The notes under the pieces were generated by a model. It had not been told where the DNA came from, ran no database searches, and saw nothing but the letters and a program-made list of their open reading frames with translations. Position numbers and translations under genes: made by a program. A DNA stretch of 64,000 nt from Alphaproteobacteria bacterium (lineage in GTDB: Bacteria; Pseudomonadota; Alphaproteobacteria; UBA6615), in contig CBDHEC010000018.1 in the NCBI GenBank assembly GCA_965261975.1, positions 9,142 through 73,141 on the forward strand, read 5' to 3'. This document shows, piece by piece, positions 21,153-31,043 of the stretch (the stretch's first letter is position 1; each line of letters begins with the position of its first letter).

Positions 21153-22352
21153 ATGGCTATGAATCGGCAACAACTCGCCCGCGCAATCGATGTCGGTCGC
21201 TCATCGACCCTGAATTGCTTCGAAACGACCAAGGATATTGCCGGCATTGCGTCGACAATCGCCGACGATGACCCCCTCGGGCCGCTTTTTCGCAATCGTT
21301 ACCTGAACGATTCGATCATCTTCAAAGTCGTTGATTCCGTGACCGTGCGCGGCAAGCGCGAGTACGGCGTCGAGACCCTGGTCTATTTTCCCTACAACCA
21401 CGACAACATGTACGAGGGTGGCGATTCCATCCTGGTCAGCGATCCGCGTCGCGAGGAAAAGCTGCTGAACAAGTGCGGCCTCGACATGAATCGCGAAGAC
21501 AAAGCCGAAGACGGCCGGTGGGATATCCAGATCATGGACATGATCGACCAGCTGCCCACTCTCGACCCGTTCCTGCTCAAATGTAAGGCCCAACAGTTAG
21601 GCATCGAGGAGCGGTTGAACCCGGCCTATTTCAACATCAGCCTCGAGGAATGGAATCGCATCCAGAAACCCATCCGAGAAAAAATCGATGCGCTGGTGCG
21701 TAAGGCGCTCGGCATGGAAGGCGATGACGATGCCACCGATCCGGATCTCAAGCTCAAGATCGAGCAGAACATCTCCAAGTTCCTGAAGAAAATATGGGAA
21801 GCGCGCGACATCGACGGTATCGAGGATTTCGTCTACGGCATGGAAATGCCGCCCGAGCGCGCGCCGGAACTGTTCTTCGCCTGCAAAGCGATTTGCTACT
21901 ACCAGGTGCAGTTCTCCGGCGTGGAGCCGGCGCTACGGAAACTTTTCGCCTGGCTCGGCGATGCCAAGACGGCGTTGCCCGTCGATTTCGGTGGTCTGCG
22001 CACCGAGGTTCAGGGCCAGATCAAGCGCGACCTCAAACAACTTCGGACGCTGTTTCGCGAGAACTATCTCAGCATCGTCAGCATGCTGGAGACCTACGAG
22101 GACAGCTACCGACAGTTCATCGAGGAAAGCAATCCGGCACCGTTCAAGAGTTTTCTCGGACAGGCGGACACCCATTATGTCGAACTGGCGGCCTGCCTGA
22201 GCAGCAACTCACACGCCATCAACCTGCTGCAGGACCAGATTGGTCGTACGGGCGCGCAGATCAACAGTGACCAGCACCGCGAACTGCTCGATTGCATGCT
22301 CGGTGTGTTCGGTGTCGAGCCGCAATCGGCCGACCTTCTGATAGCCAGCTAG
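21153..22352 (+). CDS. Hypothetical protein (399 aa, soluble, largely helical)
   Basis: Long ORF with host-like codon use filling the gap between the NHase-like operon and tetR; GGAG upstream of ATG 21153; no catalytic motif recognised. Confidence 0.8.
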   Translation: MAMNRQQLARAIDVGRSSTLNCFETTKDIAGIASTIADDDPLGPLFRNRYLNDSIIFKVVDSVTVRGKREYGVETLVYFPYNHDNMYEGGDSILVSDPRREEKLLNKCGLDMNREDKAEDGRWDIQIMDMIDQLPTLDPFLLKCKAQQLGIEERLNPAYFNISLEEWNRIQKPIREKIDALVRKALGMEGDDDATDPDLKLKIEQNISKFLKKIWEARDIDGIEDFVYGMEMPPERAPELFFACKAICYYQVQFSGVEPALRKLFAWLGDAKTALPVDFGGLRTEVQGQIKRDLKQLRTLFRENYLSIVSMLETYEDSYRQFIEESNPAPFKSFLGQADTHYVELAACLSSNSHAINLLQDQIGRTGAQINSDQHRELLDCMLGVFGVEPQSADLLIAS

Positions 22353-22921
22353 CGCGACTCCAGGTCGGACGTCAGCAGTTTTAGTCGGTGCGCCGCGCGC
22401 TCCAGGCGCTCTTCGACCGAGCGCGGCGTGTCGCGGGTCACATGCTCGCCAACATCGTAGAAATACCAGAGCCGCGCACGAAAGGCGGCGTCGGCCTCGT
22501 TCAGGCCCGCCTCCTCGAATAAGGCGCACGCGGTCGCCATCCGGCGATCGTCGATCGCGGCCACCGCATCCGCGACCTCCGAATCGAACTGGGCCCATGC
22601 GCGCATCGCATTGTCATACTGGTCGGGATCTTCGCGGGCGATATACTCGAGGATGGCCCACATCCGCTCGATCGGGCCGCCCGGCGCGGCCTGGACATGG
22701 GCGAGCACCGGGTCCGTCTGGCGACGCACCCAGAACTCCGGCAGCGACTTCAGGAGATCCTGACGGTTTTTGAAGTGCCAGTAGAAGCTTCCCTTCGTCA
22801 CCCCGAGGCGTTGCGCGAGGGGCTCGACCTTCACATGGTCGATGCCGCGCTCACGCAGCAATTCAAGCGCTTCGGCGAGCCAGGAATCCCTGTCCAAAGT
22901 TGGTTCGCGTTTGTCTTTCAT
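22349..22921 (-). CDS. TetR/AcrR family transcriptional regulator
   Basis: LAQRLGVTKGSFYWHF helix-turn-helix. Confidence 0.92.
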   Translation of the reverse strand: MKDKREPTLDRDSWLAEALELLRERGIDHVKVEPLAQRLGVTKGSFYWHFKNRQDLLKSLPEFWVRRQTDPVLAHVQAAPGGPIERMWAILEYIAREDPDQYDNAMRAWAQFDSEVADAVAAIDDRRMATACALFEEAGLNEADAAFRARLWYFYDVGEHVTRDTPRSVEERLERAAHRLKLLTSDLESR

Positions 22922-22945
22922 TCGCCCGTCACACAATTATGGAAC

Positions 22946-23003
22946 CCATACGTCAACGTATTGACACCCTTTACCCGACACAATACCATACGGTTGCGTA
23001 TGG
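22946..23003 (+). promoter_or_regulatory. Sigma70 promoter bracketed by two putative TetR operators
   Basis: TTGACA (22961)-N17-TACCAT (22984); inverted repeats CCATACG-N4-CGTATTG (22946-22963) and CCATACG-N4-CGTATGG (22986-23003). Confidence 0.75.
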
Positions 23004-23112
23004 AAGGTGAGTCGTAAGGGTCACACCGGGCTAGAGGCTTTCCGAGCTGCGCCTGTTCCGTCTAGAGTAAACAGCCAAACCGCCAGCAACGGCAGGGCAG
23101 GAGGAAATTTGC

Positions 23113-24075
23113 ATGACTGAACCAATCATCAAGGTTGCCGATCTCGCTTGGGGACGTATCAAGTCGCCCGATCTGGATGTCCAGGAAGAGTTCCTGACCA
23201 ATTTCGGGATGATCAAGGTCGAACGTACGAACGACAAGCTGTTCATGCGGGGCACCGGCGCCAGCCACCATATTCACGTGACAGAAAAGGGCGACCCCGG
23301 ATTCGTCAGCCTCGCCTTCCAGGCAACCAGCGAAGACGATCTGCACAAGATCGCCGCCGAAGCCGAGAGCGCGTCCGGCGTCGAGAACATCGACGAGCCC
23401 GGCGGCGGCAAGCGGGTCCGCCTGACCGAGCCCAACGGTTACACCATCGAGATCGTGCATGGCATCGAGGCCGTCGACGAGATCCCGGTCGAGCGCCAAC
23501 AATATAATCTGGGCAACATCGACAAACAGAAGCGCGCCAACGAGCTCTGGCGCAAGTCACCGGGACCGGCCACGGTGATGCGGATCGGTCATGGTGTCAT
23601 CGGCACACCCAAGATGCATGAATGTACGGCCTGGATCCGCCACCATATCGGCCTGATCGCCTCGGATGAGGTCTTCGTCGAGGACGACAAGGAAAAAGTG
23701 ATCGCGAGCTTCAACCGTATTGACGGCGGCGAGCGTTATGTCGACCACCATGTGTTCCTCTATATCGGCAACGAGAATGCCGGACTGAACCACCTGTCCT
23801 TCGAGGTCCCCGACTTCGATGACGTGATGATGGGACACGAGCATCTGCGTGATTCCGGCGACTACGACCATGTCTGGGGCATCGGACGTCACGTGCTGGG
23901 CAGCCAGATCTATGATTACTGGAAAGACCCGTATGGCCGGGTGCACGAGCATTGGGCAGACTCCGACACGCTCAACGCCGAATTCGAAACACGCTACGTT
24001 CCCGCCGACGAGGGTCTCAAATCCCAGTGGGGCGAGCCGGCGCCGATGGAATTCATCCATCACGTCAGCCCGTAA
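23113..24075 (+). CDS. VOC-family extradiol dioxygenase (trihydroxytoluene oxygenase-like)
   Basis: Two VOC domains; IGHGV, DHH, HLSFEV and WGIGRHVLGSQIYDYWKDP...EH; GGAGG RBS. Confidence 0.85.
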   Translation: MTEPIIKVADLAWGRIKSPDLDVQEEFLTNFGMIKVERTNDKLFMRGTGASHHIHVTEKGDPGFVSLAFQATSEDDLHKIAAEAESASGVENIDEPGGGKRVRLTEPNGYTIEIVHGIEAVDEIPVERQQYNLGNIDKQKRANELWRKSPGPATVMRIGHGVIGTPKMHECTAWIRHHIGLIASDEVFVEDDKEKVIASFNRIDGGERYVDHHVFLYIGNENAGLNHLSFEVPDFDDVMMGHEHLRDSGDYDHVWGIGRHVLGSQIYDYWKDPYGRVHEHWADSDTLNAEFETRYVPADEGLKSQWGEPAPMEFIHHVSP

Positions 24076-24098
24076 GCGGTTCATAGCTTCAAATCGAG

Positions 24099-24133
24099 CG
24101 GCCCGGCAGTCCCTGCCGGGCCGTTTGCCTTTT
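24099..24133 (+). terminator. Rho-independent terminator
   Basis: 11-bp stem CGGCCCGGCAG-tcc-CTGCCGGGCCG followed by TTTGCCTTTT. Confidence 0.7.
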
Positions 24134-24217
24134 ATACGCCTTCAATAGCGGCGCCCGACTTGGCGCACCGGCTGTTTTCTGGCAGACAGGGCCTCTCATC
24201 GAAGGCCGTGACGATCC

Positions 24218-25897
24218 ATGACAGAAACAGACACCCCCGACGGAAACGAGACGGACGCAACCCCGCGCGATTTCATACGCGACCGGATCGCCACCGATCT
24301 CGAATCCGGACAGCATGAAGCGATCGTCACCCGGTTCCCGCCGGAGCCGAACGGCTATCTCCATATCGGCCACGCCAAGTCGATCTGCCTGAATTTCGGT
24401 GTCGCAGCGGAATTCGGCGGCACATGTAATTTGCGCTTCGACGACACCAATCCCGCGCGCGAGGACGCCGCCTACATCAAAGCCATCCAGGATGATGTGC
24501 GCTGGCTTGGTTTCGATTGGGGCGAGAACCTGTTCCACGCGTCCGACAATTTCGAACAACTCTATGACTGGGCCCGGCACCTGATCGAAAACGGCCTCGC
24601 ATATGTGGACGATTTGTCGGCAGAAGAAATGCGCGAGTATCGCGGCACCCTGACCGAGCCCGGCCGCCCGAGCCCTTATCGCGACCGAACCGTGGAAGAG
24701 AATCTCGACCTCTTCGCGCGCATGCGCGTCGGCGAGTTCGAGGACGGTGCCAGGGTGTTGCGCGCCAAAATCGACATGGCGTCGGGAAACATCAACCTGC
24801 GCGACCCGGTGCTGTACCGCATTCTCCGCGCCGACCATCCGCGCACCGGTGACGCCTGGTGCATCTACCCGACCTATGATTTCGCCCACGGCCAGACGGA
24901 CGCGATCGAGCATGTGACCCACTCGCTCTGCACCCTGGAGTTCGAAGATCACCGCCCGCTCTACGACTGGCTGATCGAAAATCTCCCTGTCCCCGCCCGG
25001 CCGCGCCAGTATGAATTCGGGCGCCTGAACCTTGGACACACGGTGCTGTCGAAGCGCCGGTTGATCCAGCTGGTCGAAGACGGCCATGTCGCCGGCTGGG
25101 ATGATCCGCGTATGCCGACCGTCTCCGGGCTGCGCCGCCGTGGCGTCCCGCCGGAAGCCATTCGCGATTTCATCGGCCGCCTGGGCATCACCAAGGCGGA
25201 CGGTCTCGTCGAGATGTCCTATCTCGAAAACACGATCCGCGAGCATCTCAACCAAACCGCGCCCCGCCGGATGGCCGTACTCGACCCGGTCAAGCTGGTG
25301 ATCGAGAATTACCCCGAGGGTCAGACCGAAGATCTGGACGGCATAAACAATCCGACGGACGAAAGCGCGGGCACGCGGAAGGTTCCGTTCGGGCGCGAGC
25401 TCTGGGTCGAACGCGACGACTATATGGATGATGCGCCGAATAAGTTCCGCCGACTGACAATCGGTCGGGAAGTTCGGTTGCGCTTCGCCTACTACGTAAC
25501 CTGTACCGGTGTGGTGAAGGACGCGGATGGTAACGTGACCGAGATTCGCTGCACCTATGACCCGGAAAGCCGCGGCGGCGACACCGCCGACGGCCGCAAG
25601 GTGCGCGGCACCATCCACTGGGCCTCAGCCGCACACGCCGAAACCGCGGAAGTGCGCCTCTATGACGAGCTGTTCACCGCCGAGGAACCAGGCAAGGAAC
25701 GTGACTGGCTGGACGACCTGAACCCGGCCTCGCTGGAGGTTCGGACCAATTGTTACCTGGAACCGGCCCTGGCCGAGGATTCCGGCGTTGTTCAGTTCGA
25801 ACGGTTGGGCTACTTCGCGGCCGATGCCGACTCCGCCCCCGGTGCGCTGGTATTCAACCGCACGGTCAGCCTGCGCGACAGCAAGCCCAAGGGCTAG
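24218..25897 (+). CDS. glnS: Glutamine--tRNA ligase
   Basis: [40 protein letters not shown] and QFERLGYF. Confidence 0.95.
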   Translation: MTETDTPDGNETDATPRDFIRDRIATDLESGQHEAIVTRFPPEPNGYLHIGHAKSICLNFGVAAEFGGTCNLRFDDTNPAREDAAYIKAIQDDVRWLGFDWGENLFHASDNFEQLYDWARHLIENGLAYVDDLSAEEMREYRGTLTEPGRPSPYRDRTVEENLDLFARMRVGEFEDGARVLRAKIDMASGNINLRDPVLYRILRADHPRTGDAWCIYPTYDFAHGQTDAIEHVTHSLCTLEFEDHRPLYDWLIENLPVPARPRQYEFGRLNLGHTVLSKRRLIQLVEDGHVAGWDDPRMPTVSGLRRRGVPPEAIRDFIGRLGITKADGLVEMSYLENTIREHLNQTAPRRMAVLDPVKLVIENYPEGQTEDLDGINNPTDESAGTRKVPFGRELWVERDDYMDDAPNKFRRLTIGREVRLRFAYYVTCTGVVKDADGNVTEIRCTYDPESRGGDTADGRKVRGTIHWASAAHAETAEVRLYDELFTAEEPGKERDWLDDLNPASLEVRTNCYLEPALAEDSGVVQFERLGYFAADADSAPGALVFNRTVSLRDSKPKG

Positions 25898-25923
25898 AAA
25901 CAACTTTCGATCGGAGCATTCGC

Positions 25924-26307
25924 ATGGAAATCAACATCCCCGAAGTCCTCGCCGAAGTGACGGCAGCACATGATCGGTATGAGGCCGCGCTGAGGACAAA
26001 CGATGTCGACGTGCTGAACGAACTCTTCTGGACCAACGATCTCACCCTGCGTTACGGCATCGGCGAGAATCTCTATGGTCACGATCAGATCGCCGGGTTC
26101 CGGGCCGCGCGCGACCCCAGCGACGTCGACCGCACGACCGGTCCCGTGATCGTCACCACCTACGGCCAGGATTTCGGCACCGCGAATCTTGAATTCTATC
26201 GCGAGAGCATGGGCGACGGACGCGGCCGCCAGAGCCAGAGCTGGGCACGCATGCCCGAGGGCTGGCGCATCGTTGCCGCGCATGTGAGCGTGATCCAGCC
26301 GAAATAG
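25924..26307 (+). CDS. AtzH-like / HpxZ (DUF3225, SnoaL-like) protein
   Basis: RYGIGENLYG, GRQSQSW and WRIVAAHVS; start at ATG 25924 after GGAG. Confidence 0.85.
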   Translation: MEINIPEVLAEVTAAHDRYEAALRTNDVDVLNELFWTNDLTLRYGIGENLYGHDQIAGFRAARDPSDVDRTTGPVIVTTYGQDFGTANLEFYRESMGDGRGRQSQSWARMPEGWRIVAAHVSVIQPK

Positions 26308-26332
26308 AAAAAGGCCGCGTGAGCGGCCTTTT
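26308..26332. terminator. Bidirectional rho-independent terminator
   Basis: AAAAAGGCCGC-gtga-GCGGCCTTTT between convergent genes. Confidence 0.85.
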
Positions 26333-26354
26333 CAATTCCATATCGCAGCCGCTG

Positions 26355-28184
26355 CTAGCTGGCGACGCGCCAGACTTCCGGTGCCTTTTCCATGCTCTCG
26401 AGCAACGCCCGCCGCTGGGCCTCCATGGCCTCCGGCAGACGCCCCGCGAAACTGTCGAACATCTCCTTCTGGGCCTCGGCCTCGTTGCTGCCCGCGTCGC
26501 GAGCCAGGTCCATGATCCCGCTGAACGCATCGGCGGTGAAGTCCAGGCCGGTCCAGTTCAGATCATCGTAGCGCGGCATGTTGCCGAGCGGGCCTTCCAC
26601 CGCGTCGCGATTTTCGTGGACCCGGTCACACACCCATTCGAGGACCCGCATGTTCTCGCCGAAGCCGGGCCAGATGAAGTTGCCGGCGTCGTCCTTGCGA
26701 AACCAGTTCACCCGGAAGATCTTGGGCAGCTGGAGCCCTTTCTCCGCGAACCCCAGCCAATGGGTCCAATAGTCGGCCATGTTGTAACCGCAGAAGGGCA
26801 GCATCGCCATCGGGTCACGACGAATTGCCGCCTGATTGTCCGCCGCCGCCGTGGCCTCCGACCCCATGGTGGCTGCCATGTAGACACCATGGTCCCAATC
26901 CTTGGCTTCGTAGACCAGCGGGAAGGTTGTGCTGAGCCGACCGCCAAAGACGAATGCATCGATGGGCACGCCGTTCGGGTCGTCCCAGGCAGGGTCCAGG
27001 CTGGGGCAGTTCACTGCCGCCACGGTGAAGCGCGCATTCGGATGCGCGGCGGGCGTGTCGCTGTCCGGTGTCCAGTCATTGCCGCGCCAGTCGATCAGAT
27101 GATCGGGCACGTCGCCGTCCTTGCCTTCCCACCAGACATCGCCATTGTCCATGAGCGCGACATTGGTGAAGATCGTGTCGCGCTGGATCATCGTCATGGC
27201 GTTCGGGTTGGTCTTGGTCGACGTTCCCGGCACCACGCCGAAATATCCGGATTCGGGATTGATCGCATGCAGTCGGCCATCGTCACCCGGCTTGATCCAG
27301 GCAATATCGTCACCAACGGTGCTGACCTTCCAGCCCTCATAGCCCGCAGGCGGGATGAGCATGGCGAGATTGGTCTTGCCGCACGCGCTCGGGAACGCGG
27401 CCGCGACATAGGTCTTCTCGCCCTTGGGCGATTCCAGACCGAGGATGAGCATATGCTCGGCGAGCCAGCCCTCTTCCTTGGCCATGATCGAGGCAATGCG
27501 CAGGGAGAAGCACTTCTTGCCGAGCAGCGCGTTGCCGCCATATCCGCTGCCATAGGACCAGATCGAGCGATCCTGCGGGAAATGCACGATGTATTTGGTG
27601 TCGTTACACGGCCAGACGACATCTTCCTGGCCGTCCGCCAGCGGGGCTCCCACCGTGTGCAGGCATGGCACGAACTCACCGTCATCGCCCAGCACATCGA
27701 GCGCGCCCTGCCCCATGCGGGTCATGATGCGCATGCTCGCGGCAACATAAGGTGAATCCGATAGCTGCACGCCGATATGGGCGATGTGCGAGCCGAGGGG
27801 CCCCATGGAGAACGGGATCACATACATGGTCCGGCCGCGCATGCAGCCGTCGAACAAACCGTCCAGGGTCTGGCGCATCTCGTCGGGCGCGACCCAGTTG
27901 TTGTTCGGGCCTGCGTCTTCCTCATTGTCCCAGCACACGAACGTACGATTCTCGACCCGTGCCACGTCATTCGGGTCGGAGCGTGCGAGGAAACAGCCGG
28001 GGCGCAATTCCTGATTGAGCGGAATCAGCATGCCGGACTCGACCATTTGCGCCGACAGGCGGTCGTATTCTTCCTTCGACCCGTCGCACCAATAAATGTC
28101 GTCCGGCTTCGTCAGCGCGGCGACCTCATCGATCCAGTTCAACAATCCCTGATTACGGGTTCGACCGTCTGCCGAATTCCCCAT
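26355..28184 (-). CDS. pckG: Phosphoenolpyruvate carboxykinase (GTP)
   Basis: [38 protein letters not shown] and [11 protein letters not shown]. Confidence 0.96.
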   Translation of the reverse strand: MGNSADGRTRNQGLLNWIDEVAALTKPDDIYWCDGSKEEYDRLSAQMVESGMLIPLNQELRPGCFLARSDPNDVARVENRTFVCWDNEEDAGPNNNWVAPDEMRQTLDGLFDGCMRGRTMYVIPFSMGPLGSHIAHIGVQLSDSPYVAASMRIMTRMGQGALDVLGDDGEFVPCLHTVGAPLADGQEDVVWPCNDTKYIVHFPQDRSIWSYGSGYGGNALLGKKCFSLRIASIMAKEEGWLAEHMLILGLESPKGEKTYVAAAFPSACGKTNLAMLIPPAGYEGWKVSTVGDDIAWIKPGDDGRLHAINPESGYFGVVPGTSTKTNPNAMTMIQRDTIFTNVALMDNGDVWWEGKDGDVPDHLIDWRGNDWTPDSDTPAAHPNARFTVAAVNCPSLDPAWDDPNGVPIDAFVFGGRLSTTFPLVYEAKDWDHGVYMAATMGSEATAAADNQAAIRRDPMAMLPFCGYNMADYWTHWLGFAEKGLQLPKIFRVNWFRKDDAGNFIWPGFGENMRVLEWVCDRVHENRDAVEGPLGNMPRYDDLNWTGLDFTADAFSGIMDLARDAGSNEAEAQKEMFDSFAGRLPEAMEAQRRALLESMEKAPEVWRVAS

Positions 28185-28329
28185 CTTGACGTCCCCTCCG
28201 GCGATCGTTGTCGCCTGTTTCCTATACGAGAATTATTGAACTATAAGCCAAAGGACTCGGCCCATGTAAACAGCCCAGAAAGATTATTCTGGGGGCGAAA
28301 TGACGCATATTTCACTGTGGAATTGTTCG

Positions 28330-29766
28330 CTATGCGCGCGGCCGGCGCGCTTCGGTACCGACGGTCGCAATGCGCAGGATATTGGTGCGGCCTGGCGTCC
28401 CGAAAGGCACGCCTGCGGTGATCACCAAACGGTCGCCGGTTTTGGCAAATTCCTCGCTTTCGGCCACCCGGCTGGCCCTTATGATCATGTCCAGGAAACT
28501 GGTCGTGTCTTCCGTCTCCACGCAATGCACACCCCAGGCGAGCGCCAGGCGGCGCGCCGTATGGACAACAGGGGTCAAGACCAGGATCGGCACCTTGGGA
28601 CGTTCGCGCGAAGCACGCAGCCCGGTGGACCCTGAAGCGGTGTAGCAGACGATGGCTGCCGCCTTGAGGGTCTCCGCCACCTGGCGTGCCGCCAGCGTGA
28701 TGGCGTCCGCCGACGTCGTCTCCGGCACCGTTCGTCCGGCATCGATGGCGTCGCGGAACTGCGGGTCTGCCTCCACCGAACGCGCGACCCGGTCCATCAT
28801 CTCCACCGCCTCGAGCGGATGCGCGCCCGCGGCCGACTCTCCCGACAGCATCACGGCGTCCGCGCCTTCGAACACGGCGTTCGCCACGTCCGACACCTCG
28901 GCCCGGGTCGGCACGGGGGCTTCGATCATGGATTCGAGCATCTGCGTGGCGACGACCACCGGCTTGCCGGCAATGCGTGCCGCGCGCGTGATGGACTTCT
29001 GAATACCCGGCACCTGCTCGACCGGCAGCTCGACACCCAGGTCACCGCGCGCGACCATCAACCCGTCGGCCACCTCGATGATTTCGTCCAGAAAACCGAG
29101 CGCCTGGGGCTTCTCGATCTTGGCCATGACGGCGGCACGGCCGGCGACGATCTTCTTTGTCTCGGCCACATCGTCCGGGCGTTGCACGAAAGACAGGGCC
29201 ACCCAATCCACATCGAGCGTCATGGCGAAGTCGAGATCGCGGCGATCCTTGGGTGACAGGGCCGGCACCGGCAGGGTCACGTCCGGCACATTCACACCCT
29301 TGTTCGATGAGAGAGGTCCGCCGACGATGACCTTCGTATCCGCATAATCCTTGCCCGCCTCGATCACTTCGAGCCGGAGCTTGCCGTCGTCGATCAACAG
29401 GTTCGCGCCGGCCTCGATCGCCTGGAAAATTTCCTTGTGCGGCAGCTCGGCCCCGCCGGCATCTCCCGGCCCGTGTTTGAGTTCGAGGCGGAAGGCAGCA
29501 CCCTCCTCCAGAACCGTGCCTTCGGCGACCTGCCCAACCCGCAGCTTCGGGCCCTGAAGATCGACAAGGATGCATATCGGGCGCCCGACCTCGGCCTCGA
29601 CCGCGCGGATCCTGGCGTGCATGGCGCGCACATCGTCATGGGTCCCATGGCTCATGTTCAAACGAAACGCGTCCGCACCGGCTTCAAACAGGGCGCGGAT
29701 CATTTCTTCCGATGAACTTGCCGGACCGAGAGTCGCCAGGACCTTTACATTTCGAACTCGCCGCAT
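28330..29766 (-). CDS. pyk: Pyruvate kinase
   Basis: ATLGPAS, RLNMSHG, DLQGPK, MVARGDLGVE, ATQMLESM and MLSGESA. Confidence 0.97.
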   Translation of the reverse strand: MRRVRNVKVLATLGPASSSEEMIRALFEAGADAFRLNMSHGTHDDVRAMHARIRAVEAEVGRPICILVDLQGPKLRVGQVAEGTVLEEGAAFRLELKHGPGDAGGAELPHKEIFQAIEAGANLLIDDGKLRLEVIEAGKDYADTKVIVGGPLSSNKGVNVPDVTLPVPALSPKDRRDLDFAMTLDVDWVALSFVQRPDDVAETKKIVAGRAAVMAKIEKPQALGFLDEIIEVADGLMVARGDLGVELPVEQVPGIQKSITRAARIAGKPVVVATQMLESMIEAPVPTRAEVSDVANAVFEGADAVMLSGESAAGAHPLEAVEMMDRVARSVEADPQFRDAIDAGRTVPETTSADAITLAARQVAETLKAAAIVCYTASGSTGLRASRERPKVPILVLTPVVHTARRLALAWGVHCVETEDTTSFLDMIIRASRVAESEEFAKTGDRLVITAGVPFGTPGRTNILRIATVGTEARRPRA

Positions 29767-29799
29767 AACGACCCTTCTCCAACTCCCGTTACGCCAAGA

Positions 29800-30138
29800 T
29801 CACTTCGCACAATCGACACATTGCGCCGCCGCCGGATCGACCTTGAGGCGCTTCTCGGGGATGTCGGTCCCGCATGTCATGCAATAGCCATACTCGCCTT
29901 CATCGAGCCGGGACAACGCCGCCGTTATGAGCCGCAGCCGCTGCTGACGACGATCTTCCTCGGCCTGGGCCATCGCCTGCACCTGTAGCGCATCCATCCG
30001 CGACAACCGGCCGACGCTCTGTTGATCCAACGTCACCGGCGAGCGGTTCCCGGACGTCGCGTCGCTCGATTCCGTGAGCGCGGCACGCTCCGCCAAAAGC
30101 GTCTCGCGCCAGCTTTCAAGATCCAGTTCCTCTGCCAT
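29800..30138 (-). CDS. TraR/DksA family C4-type zinc finger protein
   Basis: YGYCMTCG...RL...CVDC; coiled-coil N-terminus with VGRLSRMDA. Confidence 0.85.
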   Translation of the reverse strand: MAEELDLESWRETLLAERAALTESSDATSGNRSPVTLDQQSVGRLSRMDALQVQAMAQAEEDRRQQRLRLITAALSRLDEGEYGYCMTCGTDIPEKRLKVDPAAAQCVDCAK

Positions 30139-30257
30139 GGCAACATTGGGGGCCGACTCCCAGGCGAAATCAAGTCATGCGTGAGCGCAAGGCCGCTCCT
30201 GCATTGCACCGGTTTTTACGGCTACACTCGCCTTCAATGAAATTTCAGGAGGGGTGA

Positions 30258-31034
30258 ATGGAACGTTTCGACGACAGGGTCTGCATCATCACCGGGGGCG
30301 CGAGCGGCATCGGGGCAGAGACCGCGCGCCAGTTCGTCCATGAGGGCGGCAAGGTCGTCATCGGCGATGTCGACGACACGCTCGGCGAGGCGCTGGCCGC
30401 CGACATCGGCGAACACGCCCATTATGTCCACTGCGATGTCAGCGACCCGGCTGCGTGTACGGCACTTGTCGCGCGCACGATCGCGACCTTCGGGCGGCTC
30501 GACGGACTCGTAAACAGCGCGATCCGCATGGGAGCGGTCCCGTTGGTCGACCTGTCCCTCGACGACTGGAGCAAGGTCGTCGATGTGGGGCTGACGGGCA
30601 CCTTCCTGATGACCCAGGCCGCCGGGCGCTGGTGGATCGAACAGGGGCAACCGGGCGCGGTGGTGAACATGTCGTCAACCGGCGGGCTCCAGCCCTACAA
30701 TCTGGCCGGCGCCTACAGCACGACCAAGGCCGGCGTGATCATGCTGTCGAAGCAGTTCGGGCTCGAATGGGCGCGGCACAATATACGGGTCAACACGGTC
30801 TGCCCCGGCCACACGGAAACACCGCTGACCGCCTACATGCGCGACCCGGCTGTCAAACAGGCGCGTGCGGATGTCACGCCGGCGGGCCGGGTGGGCCAGC
30901 CCGACGATATCGCGGAAGGCATTCTCTATCTGCTGTCGGATGCAGCCAGTTACGTGACTTCGTCCGAACTCGTCATCGATGGCGGCATGTCGACCAGCCT
31001 GTTCAACCACATGCCCGGCCGGAAGTGGGACTAG
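30258..31034 (+). CDS. SDR family oxidoreductase
   Basis: TGGASGIG, YSTTK, IRVNTVCPG and DGG motifs. Confidence 0.9.
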   Translation: MERFDDRVCIITGGASGIGAETARQFVHEGGKVVIGDVDDTLGEALAADIGEHAHYVHCDVSDPAACTALVARTIATFGRLDGLVNSAIRMGAVPLVDLSLDDWSKVVDVGLTGTFLMTQAAGRWWIEQGQPGAVVNMSSTGGLQPYNLAGAYSTTKAGVIMLSKQFGLEWARHNIRVNTVCPGHTETPLTAYMRDPAVKQARADVTPAGRVGQPDDIAEGILYLLSDAASYVTSSELVIDGGMSTSLFNHMPGRKWD

Positions 31035-31043
31035 GCCCGCTCG

